A DNA stretch of 64,000 nucleotides from the human T2T-CHM13v2.0 reference genome, Homo sapiens: assembly GCF_009914755.1 (NCBI RefSeq), contig NC_060926.1. The stretch is one strand, 5' to 3'. This document shows positions 27,145-41,636 of the stretch, piece by piece. Every line of letters begins with the position of its first letter. The stretch's first letter is position 1. Below the pieces are notes generated by a model, which saw only the letters and a program-made list of their open reading frames with translations, made no database searches and was not told the DNA's origin. The translations under genes were made by a program, and so were the position numbers.

Positions 27145-27798
27145 TTAATGCTTATGAGCAGGGTCAAAGGGTTTTTGTTTGGTCCCCTCTCATTAAATTT
27201 ATTACTATGTAAAATGTTTGCTTTACGTTACTGGACGAAATAGTATACTCAAAGGTAACAGTCTTAAAAGCTGCTTTTAGAAATAGAAGGAAATTTGAGG
27301 AAATTACTTGGGTGTTGCAGAAAACTACAAGTAAAAATTCTTAGTTACTTTGTCCTGTAGACCATTTAGGGTGTGTATTCCAGATTATTAGTACTGTTGC
27401 CTGTTCGAAGGAAAAATAACTTCAGCTATTGAAAAATTGTTGTCTTCTCTGTAGTTATATCCTTCTTTCTTAGGAAGCATTTAAGAAGGACAAGCTTTTG
27501 AGAGAAGGGGACAGACAGTAATACAGGATTTTTGGCTTACAAAAATGACTCATTTTACTTAGTTTTTGTAGGGACGTGAGGAAGAGATGGCATGATTTCT
27601 ATGTGACAGTGAGGGAACTGAACCTCAGAGAGGTTAACCTGCCCAAAGTCATAACTCTAGTTGTCGCTACATAGAGTAAGGTGTTGAACTTATCTTTGGA
27701 GTCTAGGCTAGCACACTTTGTGTTTCATATCAGTGTTTGTGTGATTTATTAATTATTATTATAAAAGTTCATCTCAATTTGGGGTTTCCTCTTCTTAG

Positions 27799-27987
27799 GT
27801 GATTGTTTGCTCTGCCACTTTGCATTCTTTCGATGTAAAGAAACTGTCCGAGAAGATAATGCATTTTCCTACATGGGTTGACTTAAAAGGAGAAGACTCT
27901 GTTCCAGATACTGTACACCATGTTGTTGTCCCAGTAAATCCCAAAACTGACAGACTCTGGGAAAGGCTTGGAAAGAGCCACATTAGA
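27799..27987 (+). CDS. DDX1: DDX1 exon 17 (VIVCSATLH...LGKSHIR), motif III SAT
   Basis: tcttag/gtaagt; matches ORF-track 27799 frame. Confidence 0.97.
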
Positions 27988-28655
27988 GTAAGTGGTTTAT
28001 AATATTAACATTTATGTAGAATAAAGCAATTTATAAACTAGGTCAGCCTTGGGCTCTTAGTGATGCTTAAGGCAATCAGTTATTGTATCAAAGAAAAGTC
28101 CAATACATCGTAAACCCTTAGACCTTTAAAAAGCACTGAATAAGTGATGGACTCCATCTTTTGTTTTTCTGTCTTCGTAATATTACTTTTGTGATCAGCT
28201 TCCTTGATACAGTCTTTATAAGTAAATAACATATATTTATCTAATTTCAGATACAATGATTTCCATTTTTAGTAGTATTTTAGTAGGAGCCCTCATCTGT
28301 GTCCTCTTGATGTACTTTGTTCTAAAAATCAATTTCATGTGGTCATCTTGTCACTTTCTTCACTGTGATTAGATTTGCCTTTATATAGTAAGGTTATATT
28401 TATTATAAATATACAATATTTTAGAAACCACATTTTCATTATTATTATTACCTTTAAAAGTGGTCTTAGACCTATAGTTAATGAAAGGTTTTTCTGAATC
28501 TGAAGAATGATTTTGCCTACAGATTATATTATGAAGACATATATCTGAAATACAGTCTAAAGACAAATATAAATCTCCCTTTTAAAACATGACATATATT
28601 CTGAATCATTATTTAACCACTCCTCTATCCTGTTTTTATTCCTTGCTTTTGATAG

Positions 28656-28707
28656 ACTGATGATGTACATGCAAAAGATAACACAAGACCTGGTGCTAAT
28701 AGTCCAG
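28656..28707 (+). CDS. DDX1: DDX1 exon 18 (TDDVHAKDNTRPGANSP)
   Basis: tgatag/gtgagt. Confidence 0.97.
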
Positions 28708-28888
28708 GTGAGTTAAAAGAGTCAAATGTGTTGAAAGATTTTGAAAATGAAATTTATACCTTACCTATTCTCATGAAGGATGTGAGGTGACCTGCAAAAT
28801 TAAAACAGGAAATTTGGAAATAAAGGCAACAAAAATAATAAAAAAGAAATGGGGAAAAGCTGATACTAGTCAACTTAGAGGAATATGA

Positions 28889-29197
<309 letters not shown>

Positions 29198-29235
29198 TAA
29201 TCATTGAATTTAGATGTTAGTCTCCTGGCATCTAA

Positions 29236-29563
<328 letters not shown>

Positions 29564-31026
29564 TAATTCTCATCATAGGAAAACAGCGAATTTTTCTAGA
29601 GAGATTATTTTATATTGACCCTGAATTCCATAAGAAATATCATGTAAGTTTCTCATATCAGGAATATTGCATAAGAAAGAAAACTTTCTTTAGCTATAGC
29701 TTTGCAAAAGATACTGAAATTGTTTTGAAATAGTTGTTGACTTTTTTGTGTGTGGTAGAATATACATAACATAAAACTTAGCATTTTAACTATTAGTGTA
29801 CAGTTCATTGGCATTAAGTACATTCATATTGTTGTACAATCATCACCACTGTCCATCTCCAGAACTTTTTCATCTTCTTAAACTGAAAATCTGTATCATT
29901 AAATATTTATCAATTTTTAAAAAGCCTAACATTAAATTCCGCCTCAATGAAGATTCTTCTTTGCAGAGCTGAGACTCTTTGTTTCAGGTTAAATAGTGTT
30001 TTGAAAATATAGGAAGGTACATCATGATACAAGGTTGGTGCTTAGAAAACCTAGAAGAATGGATCTTAAACCCATTAGGCTGCATGTCTGACATGAGATG
30101 TTTCAGGTGGATCATTCATTGGTGAGGGTCGGACTCTGCTTGCTTCATGGTTGAATTTCAACTATATCAAAATGGTGAATTATCTGAAATCTTGATTAAA
30201 GATTTGAACTCAGTTTTATATGTAGGTCTAAATTAACAAGACACATACTTAGTTATCCTTATTGTTGGAGAAGAGCAGAGACACTGTTTGAAAATCTGTC
30301 ATCCCAAATGCATTTTATAAAATTCCAGTTTTTATTGCTTCTTATATTTTTCTTGCATAAGTTTTGCTTAGTTTAGACTAACAATTAGAGATGATCAGAG
30401 AAACCTTAGAAATATGTTGGGTCACAGAATTAAAGTCTTACATTCAGTGGTTGAGGAGTAACAATTATAGCACAGCTTCACACTGAAAAATAGAGAGTTG
30501 GAGGATGGTGACTAAAAAATTACTAGAGTTTTGTGTTAAGGTTTTTACTGCGTAGAGTGAAGTATGAACTTTCTGGTATTTAGATTGATTTAGAAAGTAC
30601 ATTAATTATTTTTAAAAGGAGTTAAAATAATTGTATAAAGCATTTATTGAGCATTTAGGGAAGTTCATGCAAGGCAGAATATGATTTGTTCTTCATGAGA
30701 GATAACAGTTTTGCTGTATGTATTTCTGTTAATTTGTACGTGTGTATGTGTGTGTTCCCTCATAAGGGGTACGGTTATGGGTGTTTATATACCCCATAAA
30801 GTAGCATAAAAAATATTAACAGAAACAAAAATAAATGAATGAATGGTTTAACTCACTGTTTTACTCTATCTTTACTTCTTGTCCTTATCTATATATAATA
30901 CTTTTATTAAAACAAGTATTCTTTTTTAGGAAAATTAAGCAGTCAGTCTGTGACTATAATTATGTGTATTCATGACAAGTTCAGATTGAAATTCTGTTGG
31001 TTTTTGTTGTTGTTATGATATTCAAG

Positions 31027-31173
31027 AGATGTGGTCTGAAGCTATTAAAATCCTGAAAGGGGAGTATGCTGTCCGGGCAATCAAGGAACATAAGATGGAT
31101 CAAGCAATTATCTTCTGTAGAACCAAAATTGACTGTGATAACTTGGAGCAGTACTTTATACAACAAGGAGGAG
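31027..31173 (+). CDS. DDX1: DDX1 exon 19 ([11 protein letters not shown]...QAIIFCRTK...QQGG), motif IV
   Basis: ttcaag/gtaatt; phase 1-1. Confidence 0.96.
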
Positions 31174-31429
31174 GTAATTTTTTCTCACTTGAAATAAATT
31201 GTGTTTATATCCTCTTGTAATAGATTATTAATCTCATGTTGATGCAATCTAGAATACATGCACAGAATTTAAAGCAGTTGATGGCATATTTTAAGTATCT
31301 ATGCTTATTCAGTACTTTTCCATATGATAAGCCCTAGGAAAAACAAGAGAGAATTTTCCACGTAGGTACATTTTCATTACAGTAAACTTGAATCACAGCA
31401 TCCTAAGAGTTTTATATTATATGGAAGAA

Positions 31430-33290
31430 GGATAAAGTAATTTATTAGTCTTAAAATTTAAAATATGATCACTGAAATAATAGAATGTATGTCTTTTAAA
31501 CCAGTAGATGGGGAAAGGGGAATGAGGAAAAAAAACCTAAACAACAGCAAGAAAGGAAGGGGAATAAAATGAGAAAAATTATGGTTAGAAATTATAGAAT
31601 AAGATCAATGTTGGAAAAATCTGAATGTATGAGTAAACACTGTAAGTATCAGTGGACACGGTCTTCTGTTATAAAGCATGGATTGTTGGACTGGATGAAA
31701 TCTAGCAATACGCTGTTTACATGGAGCATACCCAAAATCTGAGGACATAGAAAGATGGAAAAGGAATGAAAAAATATTATGCATGTGTCAGCTAAAATAT
31801 TAACCAAAAGAAAGCCAGTCTAGCTATATTAATAAGAGTTGCAGTAGACTTTAAGACAAATATTACTAGAAATAAAGAGTCACTATGTAATAAAATATCC
31901 AAGCTACAATGGAAGTATAAGGGTTCAGATTTTATGCTTCTTATAACTTCGAGAATGTAAACTGTATTAGTCTGTTCTTATGCTGCTATGAAGAACTGCC
32001 TGAGGCTGGGTAATTTATAAAGGAAAGAGGTTTAATTGACTCACAGTTCTTCAGAGCTGGGGAAGCAAACATGTCCTTCTTTACATGGCAGCAGGAAGGA
32101 GAAGTGCCAAGCAAAGTAGGAAAAGCCCCTTATAAAACCATCAGATCTCATGAGGACTCCGTCACTATCACGAGAACAGCATGAGGATAACCACCCACAT
32201 GATTCTATTATCTCCTACCAGGTCCCTCCCACATGTGGGGATTATGGGAACTACAATTCAAGATGAGATTTGGATGGAGACCCAGCCAAATTATATCATA
32301 AACCAACATGGAAAAATTCTCAATCAGTTGTTATGGAAATGCAAAATAAAATGACAGTATAATACCGTTGTACATGCTAAACTAAAAATACAACACCGAA
32401 TTTTGGCTATGGAGCAACTGCATACAGTTGTTGAGAATAGATTGTTGGTGAGAATATAAAATGGTATGAGCACTTTAGCAAAGGGTCTTGCAGTCTTTTA
32501 TAAAGCTAAAAATGCTGTCTTATGGCCTAGCAATTAAACTGCTAGATGTTTACCCAGGATAAATGAAAACACATATTGACAAAAAGATGCTAGAATGGCC
32601 ATAGCAGCTTTATTTATAATATTCTAAAACTGAAAACACACTAAGTGTCCATCAGTAGGAGAATGGATAAATAAAGTGTGAAATACAGTGGAATACTACT
32701 CAGCAGTGAAAAGGAACAGACTTTTCCTTGCTGAGTAAACACAGCAATGATGGATGAATCTCAGAAACCTTATGCCAAATGAAAGAATTCTTACTCAAGA
32801 ATATACACTGTATCAATCTATTTATATGACATTTTTAAAAAGTCAGAACTAATCTGTGATGGAAAAAATGTCAGAACAGTAGTAGTCCCCATAAGGGTGG
32901 CAGTAGGGATAGGCTGGGAAAGGATATGAGGGTATTTTTTGGTGTGATAATGATGTTCTGTATCCTAATGGGACTTTCTCAGCAAATCTACTTAAGATTT
33001 GTAGATTTCTTGAATACAACTTTTACCTCAAAAGAAAAAACTAAACAAATATTGAATTCTAGTTAATTATATGCATGCCGAACTCTGTACTGATGTCTGC
33101 AATTTACATTGAAATGTACAAAAATATGAAGATGAGTTGATGGATGGATACAGGTATAGGTAGATATGTGGTTAAAGCAAGTATAATAAAATGTTAATTG
33201 TTGAATCTAGGTGGTGGATATACAACTGTTCATCCTTAAAATTATTTCAGTGTTGCTACGTGTTTGAAAATATAAATATTGGAAAAATAT
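31430..33290 (+). mobile_element. Fragmented old L1M, interrupted by a THE1 LTR
   Basis: A-rich L1-like blocks (aagtgtccatcagtaggagaatggataaataaa; tggaatactactcagcagtgaaaagga). Confidence 0.7.
31963..32298 (-). mobile_element. THE1-family MaLR solo LTR
   Basis: Minus strand starts TGATATAATTTGGCTG...CCAAATCTCATCTTGAATTGTAG; 5-bp TSD TAAAC. Confidence 0.88.
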
Positions 33291-34645
33291 AAAAAGTAAA
33301 AATTGGCAGATATAGAAGGTAACATACAAATCCCATTATTGTACTGAGGAAAGACTAACACATTTTGTTATAACTGATGTACGTCAAGGAAATAGAAAAC
33401 TCAAGAAGGATATAGAATATTTGAACTAATGGTCATATAAAGAATACATTACACTGTTCATTACAGTGAGTGCTTAAGTAACACATTTTTTTTTTTCAAG
33501 TCCTGGCAAACAGACTTGCTTGGTTGTTATAGTGACTGTTTTGTAGTACTTAATTTTCTTCCTGTCTATGTTTTGAATGGAGGAGTTGATTATGTAGTAA
33601 GGAGTACTGTTGATTAAGTAGTAATATCCCTTTAGTTACTTTGATGCTCCTTCCCTAAATATTCTGGATGTAGATGTTACTTCTGCCTAGAAAACAAGTT
33701 TATTACACCATTACTAACACTCAAACACAATATATACCAGATTACAGGGGTTTAAAAGAAGGGATCAAAGGATCCCTCTCCCCTCCACACATACCCTAAC
33801 CAGAGAGTTATAGTGTGTATTTGATACTTCCCTAAACCACTTGAATGCAGGATGCAATAAAATCTCAGCTGTATACCTCTAGAAGTTCTGGTTAGCTGTT
33901 ATTTCACCTCTGCATAATTAATTTTTGTGTTATTCATTTTGAATAGATATCTGTCAAAATGTATTGTTTCCTTGAATTTTCAAGTATACTTACTGAACTT
34001 AATTTACCTTGGAGAATAGTTAAGTGCCATAATTGTTATTTTGTTACATCCCAGTGGTTACTCTTTTTGTTACTGTGTCTACTTGAAGAGTTTTCTTTTG
34101 GGGGGTTGGCTACCACTGCACTTGCCTCTAAAATAACACCTCTCCATCTTTACAGTTTGCTGCTTTGAATCTTCTGTGGCCATGAAACTAGATAACTATG
34201 TTGCTTAAAATACCTTGAGAAGAGAGCAGGCTTATGGGCATGGCCTTTTAGGAAGCACATTAACTTGATGATGCTTAATTTTGGTTCCTCCAAGAATGAT
34301 CTCTTTTGCCTACTTTTTGAGTCTTAGCTTTATGGAGGATAGTGAGGTTCCTGGTGTACACATAGGCATTTTAGTTGGTACACTGCTTGATCCACTCCTC
34401 CTACAGATTGGGAAGGGTGACTTAAAATGCCCTTAAAAGCAGGACAACTTTAATGCTCCGTAGAGTTCATTTTAATGGTACTTCGTTTGTGACATAAATT
34501 GTGTTAACCATGGTTTATAGCAAGTTGGGGCATAGATTTTTATGGAATTGTGTGGCACTATTGTAGTCTGAATTTTATTGGCTTTTTTACATAGTCTTAG
34601 GCAGAAGATTTTCCAAGGTTAAATGCTTAATGTGCTTTTCACTAG

Positions 34646-34737
34646 GACCTGATAAAAAAGGACACCAGTTCTCATGTGTTTGTCTTCATGGTGACAGAAA
34701 GCCTCATGAGAGAAAGCAAAACTTGGAAAGATTTAAG
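34646..34737 (+). CDS. DDX1: DDX1 exon 20 ([31 protein letters not shown])
   Basis: cactag/gtactg; LHG motif. Confidence 0.97.
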
Positions 34738-36036
34738 GTACTGATACATAGTTGATTGTTTCCTTAATACTTAAGAGGGGCATTATATCTAGTTTTAAGC
34801 AGTTTTAATTAATATTATTAAAGCAATTATTGTCCTAGAAATTTCAAAATGTTTCTACCCTAACTAATGTGTCATCATCATGACAGGAATTAGTCATTGT
34901 TGACACTCAAATGGTAAATTATACATTCTCTATCAGCATAACACTACTATAACAGGAATTTTCAATTTCAGAAATTTTAGTTAAATTATTTCAGGTAGAT
35001 ATTTTTAGGAGAAGTATCATTGGATAGTTAAGCCATGTCTATGTGCCTTAAAAACAGTCTCCAGCAATAGCCATAAGGAACTTAATTTGTAGATTAATTA
35101 AGACAGGTATCAGAATATGGCTATGTAGAATTAAAGGTATTTTGATACTGTTTGGGGCAGACCTTTCCAGTTATATGCTTGCAGCACATGAACGGGTCAT
35201 ATAGCTCTTGGTGTAAGTGGGTGGGTAAATAAATGGCTTGAGCCATTTAGAACTAAAGATCGGTAACCTGTCTACCTGCAAGCAGTCTCATTAATTTAAT
35301 AGGCCCCAGTGTATAGCATAAGTATCATTTTCTAAGAAAAAAGATGGGAAGTATTGGGTTGAAGAACTTTGGCTTACGTTTCCATGCTGGGCATAATTGA
35401 TGCAGATGTGAAAACACATCGCATGGCCTCGTTTGAATGTGTGCTACCCTTCTCAACCGTAGGCATTTTTCTGGACCATAAGTCAGTATACCCTTCTTCC
35501 CTCCCCCAGATCTCTAATTTTGCTGTGCCTTGAGGCACAAATGACATTGAAAGGCTAATTTGTATTTCTTGGTGAGCACCAGGGGCCTACCCTCATTTTC
35601 CTCCCCTTGAGAATTTTGTCTGTTACAAAAAATGTAGCCTCCAGGTAAAATATCTAGTATTCTGAGTTTATTTGAATTTAAGAGTAAAGATAATGCTTAT
35701 GTCTGTACATTGTATTCTGTTTTATCTTTCTCTTCAATTTCTAAAGATATTTATAAAGATTAAGCCAAGTTTTAGCAATAGTTTAATATCTTTGAGTAGA
35801 AAAAGAAAAGCAAAAATGAACCCAATCTCTGATTTAATCACCTTAAATGTCATGTTTCAGCAGATCATGACATAAAACTTCAAGACTTGGTCCAGTAAAT
35901 TAGGAGTATGTCGACCTCTAATCTGATAGTAACACTTGAGTTTTTAGAGGTCTCATTTAGTGGAAGGATAGCATTTGTTTTTATTGTTTAGTATATGTGC
36001 TAACAAACTCCTTTCTCTCTTCACTGTTCTCTTTAG

Positions 36037-36109
36037 AAAGGAGATGTAAGATTCTTGATTTGCACAGATGTAGCTGCTAGAGGAATTGATATCCACGGTG
36101 TTCCTTATG
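36037..36109 (+). CDS. DDX1: DDX1 exon 21 ([24 protein letters not shown]), motif V
   Basis: ctttag/gtaaaa; TDVAARGID. Confidence 0.97.
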
Positions 36110-36229
36110 GTAAAAAGCAACTTTTTATGCCTGTAGTGTGATTGTTACGGAATCTAAAGTAAAGCCTTCTAATATGTTTGAAAAATTTAGAAACTACTGG
36201 CAATTGTTAATAATGGTTTTTATTTATAG

Positions 36230-36302
36230 TTATAAATGTCACTCTGCCCGATGAAAAGCAAAACTACGTACATCGAATTGGCAGAGTAGGAAGAGCTGAA
36301 AG
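36230..36302 (+). CDS. DDX1: DDX1 exon 22 ([24 protein letters not shown]), motif VI
   Basis: ttatag/gtactt; HRIGRVGR. Confidence 0.97.
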
Positions 36303-36387
36303 GTACTTCTGCAATTTTTTTCCCCCATTTTTAAGCTTGTATGCTTTAGGAATAAAGTCTAATAGAAGGCTTTTAACCATCTTTCAG

Positions 36388-36430
36388 GATGGGTCTGGCA
36401 ATTTCCCTGGTGGCAACAGAAAAAGAAAAG
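36388..36430 (+). CDS. DDX1: DDX1 exon 23 ([15 protein letters not shown])
   Basis: tttcag/gtaatc; follows an 85-nt intron. Confidence 0.97.
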
Positions 36431-37192
36431 GTAATCTTTGTAGGGCTCTATTATATTCATTGTGTGTGTTGTGATTTTAGATGTTGGAAATAAAAGCAGT
36501 TTGATTTTCCCATTTAAATTTAATTCAGCTGCGTATGGAATACAAATGAACTTTTTAATGTCATCTTTTTTCCTATATTCATTGAATGGACAAATAATAG
36601 GGTGAAATTTAGAAAGGAAAAATGCAAAATATAATTTTTCCAACTAGCTTTATTGTACTCATTTCCACCAAAAAATATTTAAACATTTTCTGGCATGGTG
36701 CCATGGAAGACCTTTCATGGTGAGGGGAGATTTATTTTGATATAATTACAAATTTATAGAAAAGTTGTATTCATAAAGAGCTCCCATATACTCATTGCCA
36801 AATTCAGTAGTTGTACATTTTGCATTATTTGCTTTATTATTCTCTTATACAAAAGATTTGAACTTATTTTTCTTTTGAACTTTTTTATGTTAATATTGAC
36901 ATAGTATGCTTCAATATTTACTTTTTCATCCTACTTTTATCTGAGAATTCCTTTTGATATCTGACACCCATTTTAGGAAAACTTTTGGATTATTCTCAAA
37001 AAGAACTTTTTCAGAAGACCTATTTATTCAATGAGCTACTGAATAGTAGTGGTAATTGGATGATATATCATACCTATAATCTATTTTTCTAGTGCCTTGA
37101 GGACAGAAAACAATTAAAAACAAATTTAGAATAAGATATTTAGCATGTCTCTATCTCCATGCATGTTAATATTTTTTCCTTTTTAAATTTAG

Positions 37193-37288
37193 GTTTGGTA
37201 CCATGTATGTAGCAGCCGTGGAAAAGGGTGTTATAACACAAGACTCAAGGAAGATGGAGGCTGTACCATATGGTACAACGAGATGCAG
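37193..37288 (+). CDS. DDX1: DDX1 exon 24 ([32 protein letters not shown])
   Basis: atttag/gtaaga. Confidence 0.97.
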
Positions 37289-37580
37289 GTAAGACTTCGA
37301 GTTAGGCTCACAAATAATGTATTAAAATGGTAGAATAGAAAGCATTTATCTTCAAAAATTATATCTTGGCTTTTATCTGTTTGTCACTTATAAGGGAAAG
37401 TCGTAGTTGGTTATAATGTTATCTGCACTTTGCTAATTGTAAGTTGTGAATTTCTCTCTTCAGAAATCTGACTTCCATTTATACCAAGCATTCTGGCCTT
37501 TCCAGCTTTATTTAATGATGATAAAATACAACTCTTTCTAAATGAAATTTTTATTTGGAAATTTTCTCTCCATTACTTAG

Positions 37581-37701
37581 TTACTATCTGAGATAGAAGA
37601 ACACCTGAACTGTACCATTTCTCAGGTTGAGCCGGATATAAAGGTACCAGTGGATGAATTTGATGGGAAAGTTACCTACGGTCAGAAAAGGGCTGCTGGT
37701 G
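37581..37701 (+). CDS. DDX1: DDX1 exon 25 ([11 protein letters not shown]...YGQKRAAG)
   Basis: acttag/gtaagc. Confidence 0.97.
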
Positions 37702-38366
37702 GTAAGCTTTGAATTATTTTAAATACAATTTTAAATGTAAATATACCTGTTTTGAACTTCGGTTTGGGAAGGCAGTACTTTCATTTCATTAGGTTAAGAG
37801 TATATTTTTAGCGTGTTAATCATTCCCTCCTTATTACCCTCATAGTACTTTGTCCATACCTGCCTTGTAGCATTTTTAAATTGTGTCATCTTTATGTGAA
37901 TGAAAGACTTCAGCTTAGCTCTTTCTCTTGAAGTGTTAATGTCATAAGAGTAGTTGAACATTTTGTGGAATTATTAGGAAACAAGAGCATAATAGGTGAT
38001 TTTGAACAAGGAATCAGAAGCCTTTGACTTAACTCAGGTGGTAATTCAGCATATTATTTCCTCTGCCTGGGATGCCCTTTTGTTAGCTTGTTCCTGAAAA
38101 ATTGTAAGACTCAGGCCTAACTAGTTGTTTCCGAGCCAAGGGTGGGTAGAGGTGTTGGGACAGCTGTTAGTGAGGCCTAATTATTTATTTATATTGAAAT
38201 AATTGATTTAACATTTTTTAAAGTCAAAGTTCTGGAGATAATTTTCCCAGTAGTACATTTTATTGCTGCAAGCAAAGTTTAAAGTGATATAATTGAGCCA
38301 AAGTATTGCTGACAAGTTATTTCAAGCATGTCATTTACATTACTTTGTTATTTGTGTGTGATGCAG

Positions 38367-38497
38367 GTGGAAGCTATAAAGGCCATGTGGATATTTTGGC
38401 ACCTACTGTTCAAGAGTTGGCTGCCCTTGAAAAGGAGGCGCAGACATCTTTCCTGCATCTTGGCTACCTTCCTAACCAGCTGTTCAGAACCTTCTGA
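38367..38497 (+). CDS. DDX1: DDX1 exon 26 coding part ([16 protein letters not shown]...PNQLFRTF*)
   Basis: atgcag acceptor; TGA at 38495-38497; summed CDS gives 740 aa. Confidence 0.97.
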
Positions 38498-38673
38498 TTT
38501 TTACATTTACTGAATAAGATTTGAGTAATGAAAGTCTGTAGTCTTAAAACTCTAAAACAGTTGTACTGCTTCCAAGCAGCAGTATTTATAGTAACGTAAG
38601 CTATTAATGCTAACTCTTGCATGTCAAGAAACATTAGTCTTAGGAATTCTTCAAAAAATGGCATCCCAATGAA

Positions 38674-38679
38674 AATAAA
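38674..38679 (+). terminator. DDX1: DDX1 polyadenylation signal AATAAA (3'UTR about 200 nt)
   Basis: First AATAAA after the stop, followed about 25 nt later by a GU/U-rich element (ggtttgtgtcttatttt). Confidence 0.85.
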
Positions 38680-39138
38680 TTTGATGACTATATTTTCATG
38701 AAGGTTTGTGTCTTATTTTAAAGTTATATTGATATATTTTTTCTATTTCTTTTTTAAGAACAGTATGGGCTTATGAAGTAGAATTTATGGGTATGTGAAT
38801 CTGGCAGAGGACTTACGTGGAACCACTCGGGAATATTCTAAAAGTAGGTTTTCAGATGGCTAAGGTTGTCTATGTGTATATTGAAGCTAGAGGAGAGTTG
38901 GAACATGAAGGGAAATTCGATGATCCCAATGTAGAAGAACTGCTTGGTTAGTTTGGAAGCATGGAAGTTTTGAGGGAGTCAGTAAAGGTTCTGTATCTAA
39001 GGACTGATGACTGATGTGATGGTGCCAGTGAAGATGTATCTTCTTTTTATGACCCTTGCTTTCCAGATGATGCATACCCATTAAAGTAGAACTAATCTGC
39101 TGTCCCTACAGGTCTTAAAATCAAACTTAAACTCAGGG

Positions 39139-39505
<367 letters not shown>

Positions 39506-41441
39506 TAAACACTGGCTCTTGCCTAAAATATCAGAAGGAAAGGGAAAATGTAAATACATATAATTGAATTGTTGCTTTGTGCCTTTTGACTCTTAGTCTA
39601 TAAGGTAGTTTTTTGGGGGAAATTATTCTTGTCCAAGAGTTTCCTTAAGAGCACAGGGTGTTATAATTTCTTATATGATGGTTTTCAAACCTTTTAGCAA
39701 TGAAAAACCTTGAGTGAAACAATATATAAACAGATAAAAGCTGTAGTGAGAAAATCATTGTCTTGTATATTTGAGTTTAGGGTTTGTGTGAAATGATTAT
39801 GAGGATACCATTCTTTCACTTATCTCTAGACCACTTGCTTTGGAGATGTCCTGGAACTACTATAACCAATCTCAAAGCTATGTGATGACAGCTCTGTGCA
39901 GTCTTCACGCACATTAATCACTCGTTTAGAAACGAACTTTTAATTGATGTGACAGCAAAGACAAGACTGAATTTCAGACATGTAAATATTAGAATGGAGG
40001 GGATCTTTGTAATCACCTTGTTCATGCCCTTGTTTTATGAGAGAGAAAGCTGAGTTTAGAGGAATGCACATTCACATGGCCTGGTGGTTAGAACTGGAAA
40101 TAGAACTCGGGTTTCTTCAGTTTCAGCTTTTACTCTTTGGGCTGGCTACCTTTGGAGGATGACTCTCAGGTCCAAATTGCAAGGCCAGAGAGGAATCCTG
40201 GATAGAGCTCAGCAATGGTGGAGATGTTTTTTTCCTCTTTAATTACTTACTGACCAACTGGAATTACCCAGGGAACAAGAGTTTTCAAAGGAAGAAGCCA
40301 CATGTAACCAGACTAGCCGAGGAGTTGCTTGGAGACCTGACTTGCTCTTTTTTCCTGCTCATATCACCATTAATTCTTTCCTTTATTCTCAGTCTTGCTT
40401 CCAGATGCTGATTCCTTCAGACCATCGTATTAATGCCAAGAATGCAAGTAACTGTTAAAAGTCGGGTTAAGATGTGGTCACTGGGCCTGAGAGATGCTAA
40501 TTGCCTGCCTCCTTCGGGATTGCCTTTCCCAGGTTCTGGTCAACGGGGTACGAGTCAAAGTGATGTGTACAACTTCCGGGCCTTGTCCTGCCCACCCTGT
40601 CCCTCTTCTCTCAGGCTAGAACTTGGATGTGGTATTAGTGAGCCTATTGCCACCATTAGAAAAGTGTAATACTTGGGGAGTGGCAGAACAAGGCAGAGGA
40701 ACCTGGTGGCCTTGGGAAAGAGAGCTGCCCACCCTCTCCGAACTGCCTGTTATAATAACTTGATGTTATCTGAGCTGCTCATGTTTAGGGCTCTTTGTTA
40801 CAGAACTTTAGCCTCTACCCCAACTAATATATAAAACACTAGAGGCCCTTCAAAGTCCAGAAAATGCTAAATATTAACCTTCATATGATAGTATTTGTGA
40901 TTCAAAGCTTCCACTTGTCCATTCTTTAGTGCAGGAATTTTTAAATGTACTCACAGATCTGGTGTCTGTAGTTATATGTCAGTCTTAGAACCTCTGTAAA
41001 CAGAAATGTCAAGACTTGCCCCAACTTTAACACATGATAGACATGGCCTGAGATCTTAGGAGCCTCGGTGCATTCCTTCTTACTCACAATCTAGTCTTTG
41101 ACTGTTCATTCTCGTCAAAGCTACCTTCAAGCTTTGATTGCTAGAACTTGACTTTCATAGTGACTGAAGTGGTTTAGGGGAAAGGCTGTTTCATATCTTA
41201 ATAAACTTAAGTGTTCTGCTCTAACTCAGGTTTATGTCTTTACTGTATTGCTAATTTGAGTCCCTTACTAGGACAGGCTCATTTAAGTGCAACAAGTTAT
41301 ATTTCATTTAAGAGAGCATAGAAAACCAAATAAAGGGACCAAATGCTATTGCCTTAGGATATTTGCCTTAAGAGAATTGATTCTAAAGGGTTCTAACTAG
41401 TGGTCTTTGTTATGAGATTGCTAAAACATTTCTGTACCTCC

Positions 41442-41636
41442 TTTTTTTATTTTATTTTATTTTTTTGGTTGTTGTTTTGTTTTTTGAGACAGGGTCTCAC
41501 TCTGTTGCCCAGACTGGAATGCAGTGGCATAATCTCGGCTCACCCCAATTCCTGCCTCCTGGCCTCAAGCTGTCCTCTCACTTCAGCCTCCTGAGTAGCT
41601 GTGACTACAGGCATGCACCACCACGTGTGGCTAATT
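41442..41636 (-). mobile_element. Partial Alu (right arm)
   Basis: T-rich tail plus right monomer. Confidence 0.85.

Noticed and set aside
25884-27243. Stack of 80-160 aa ORFs on both strands
   Set aside because: Stop-poor GC-rich LTR sequence with no recognisable protein homology
36303-36387. Short intron with TTTTAAC close to the acceptor, resembling a U12 branch site
   Set aside because: Donor is GTACTTCT, not the U12 consensus RTATCCTT
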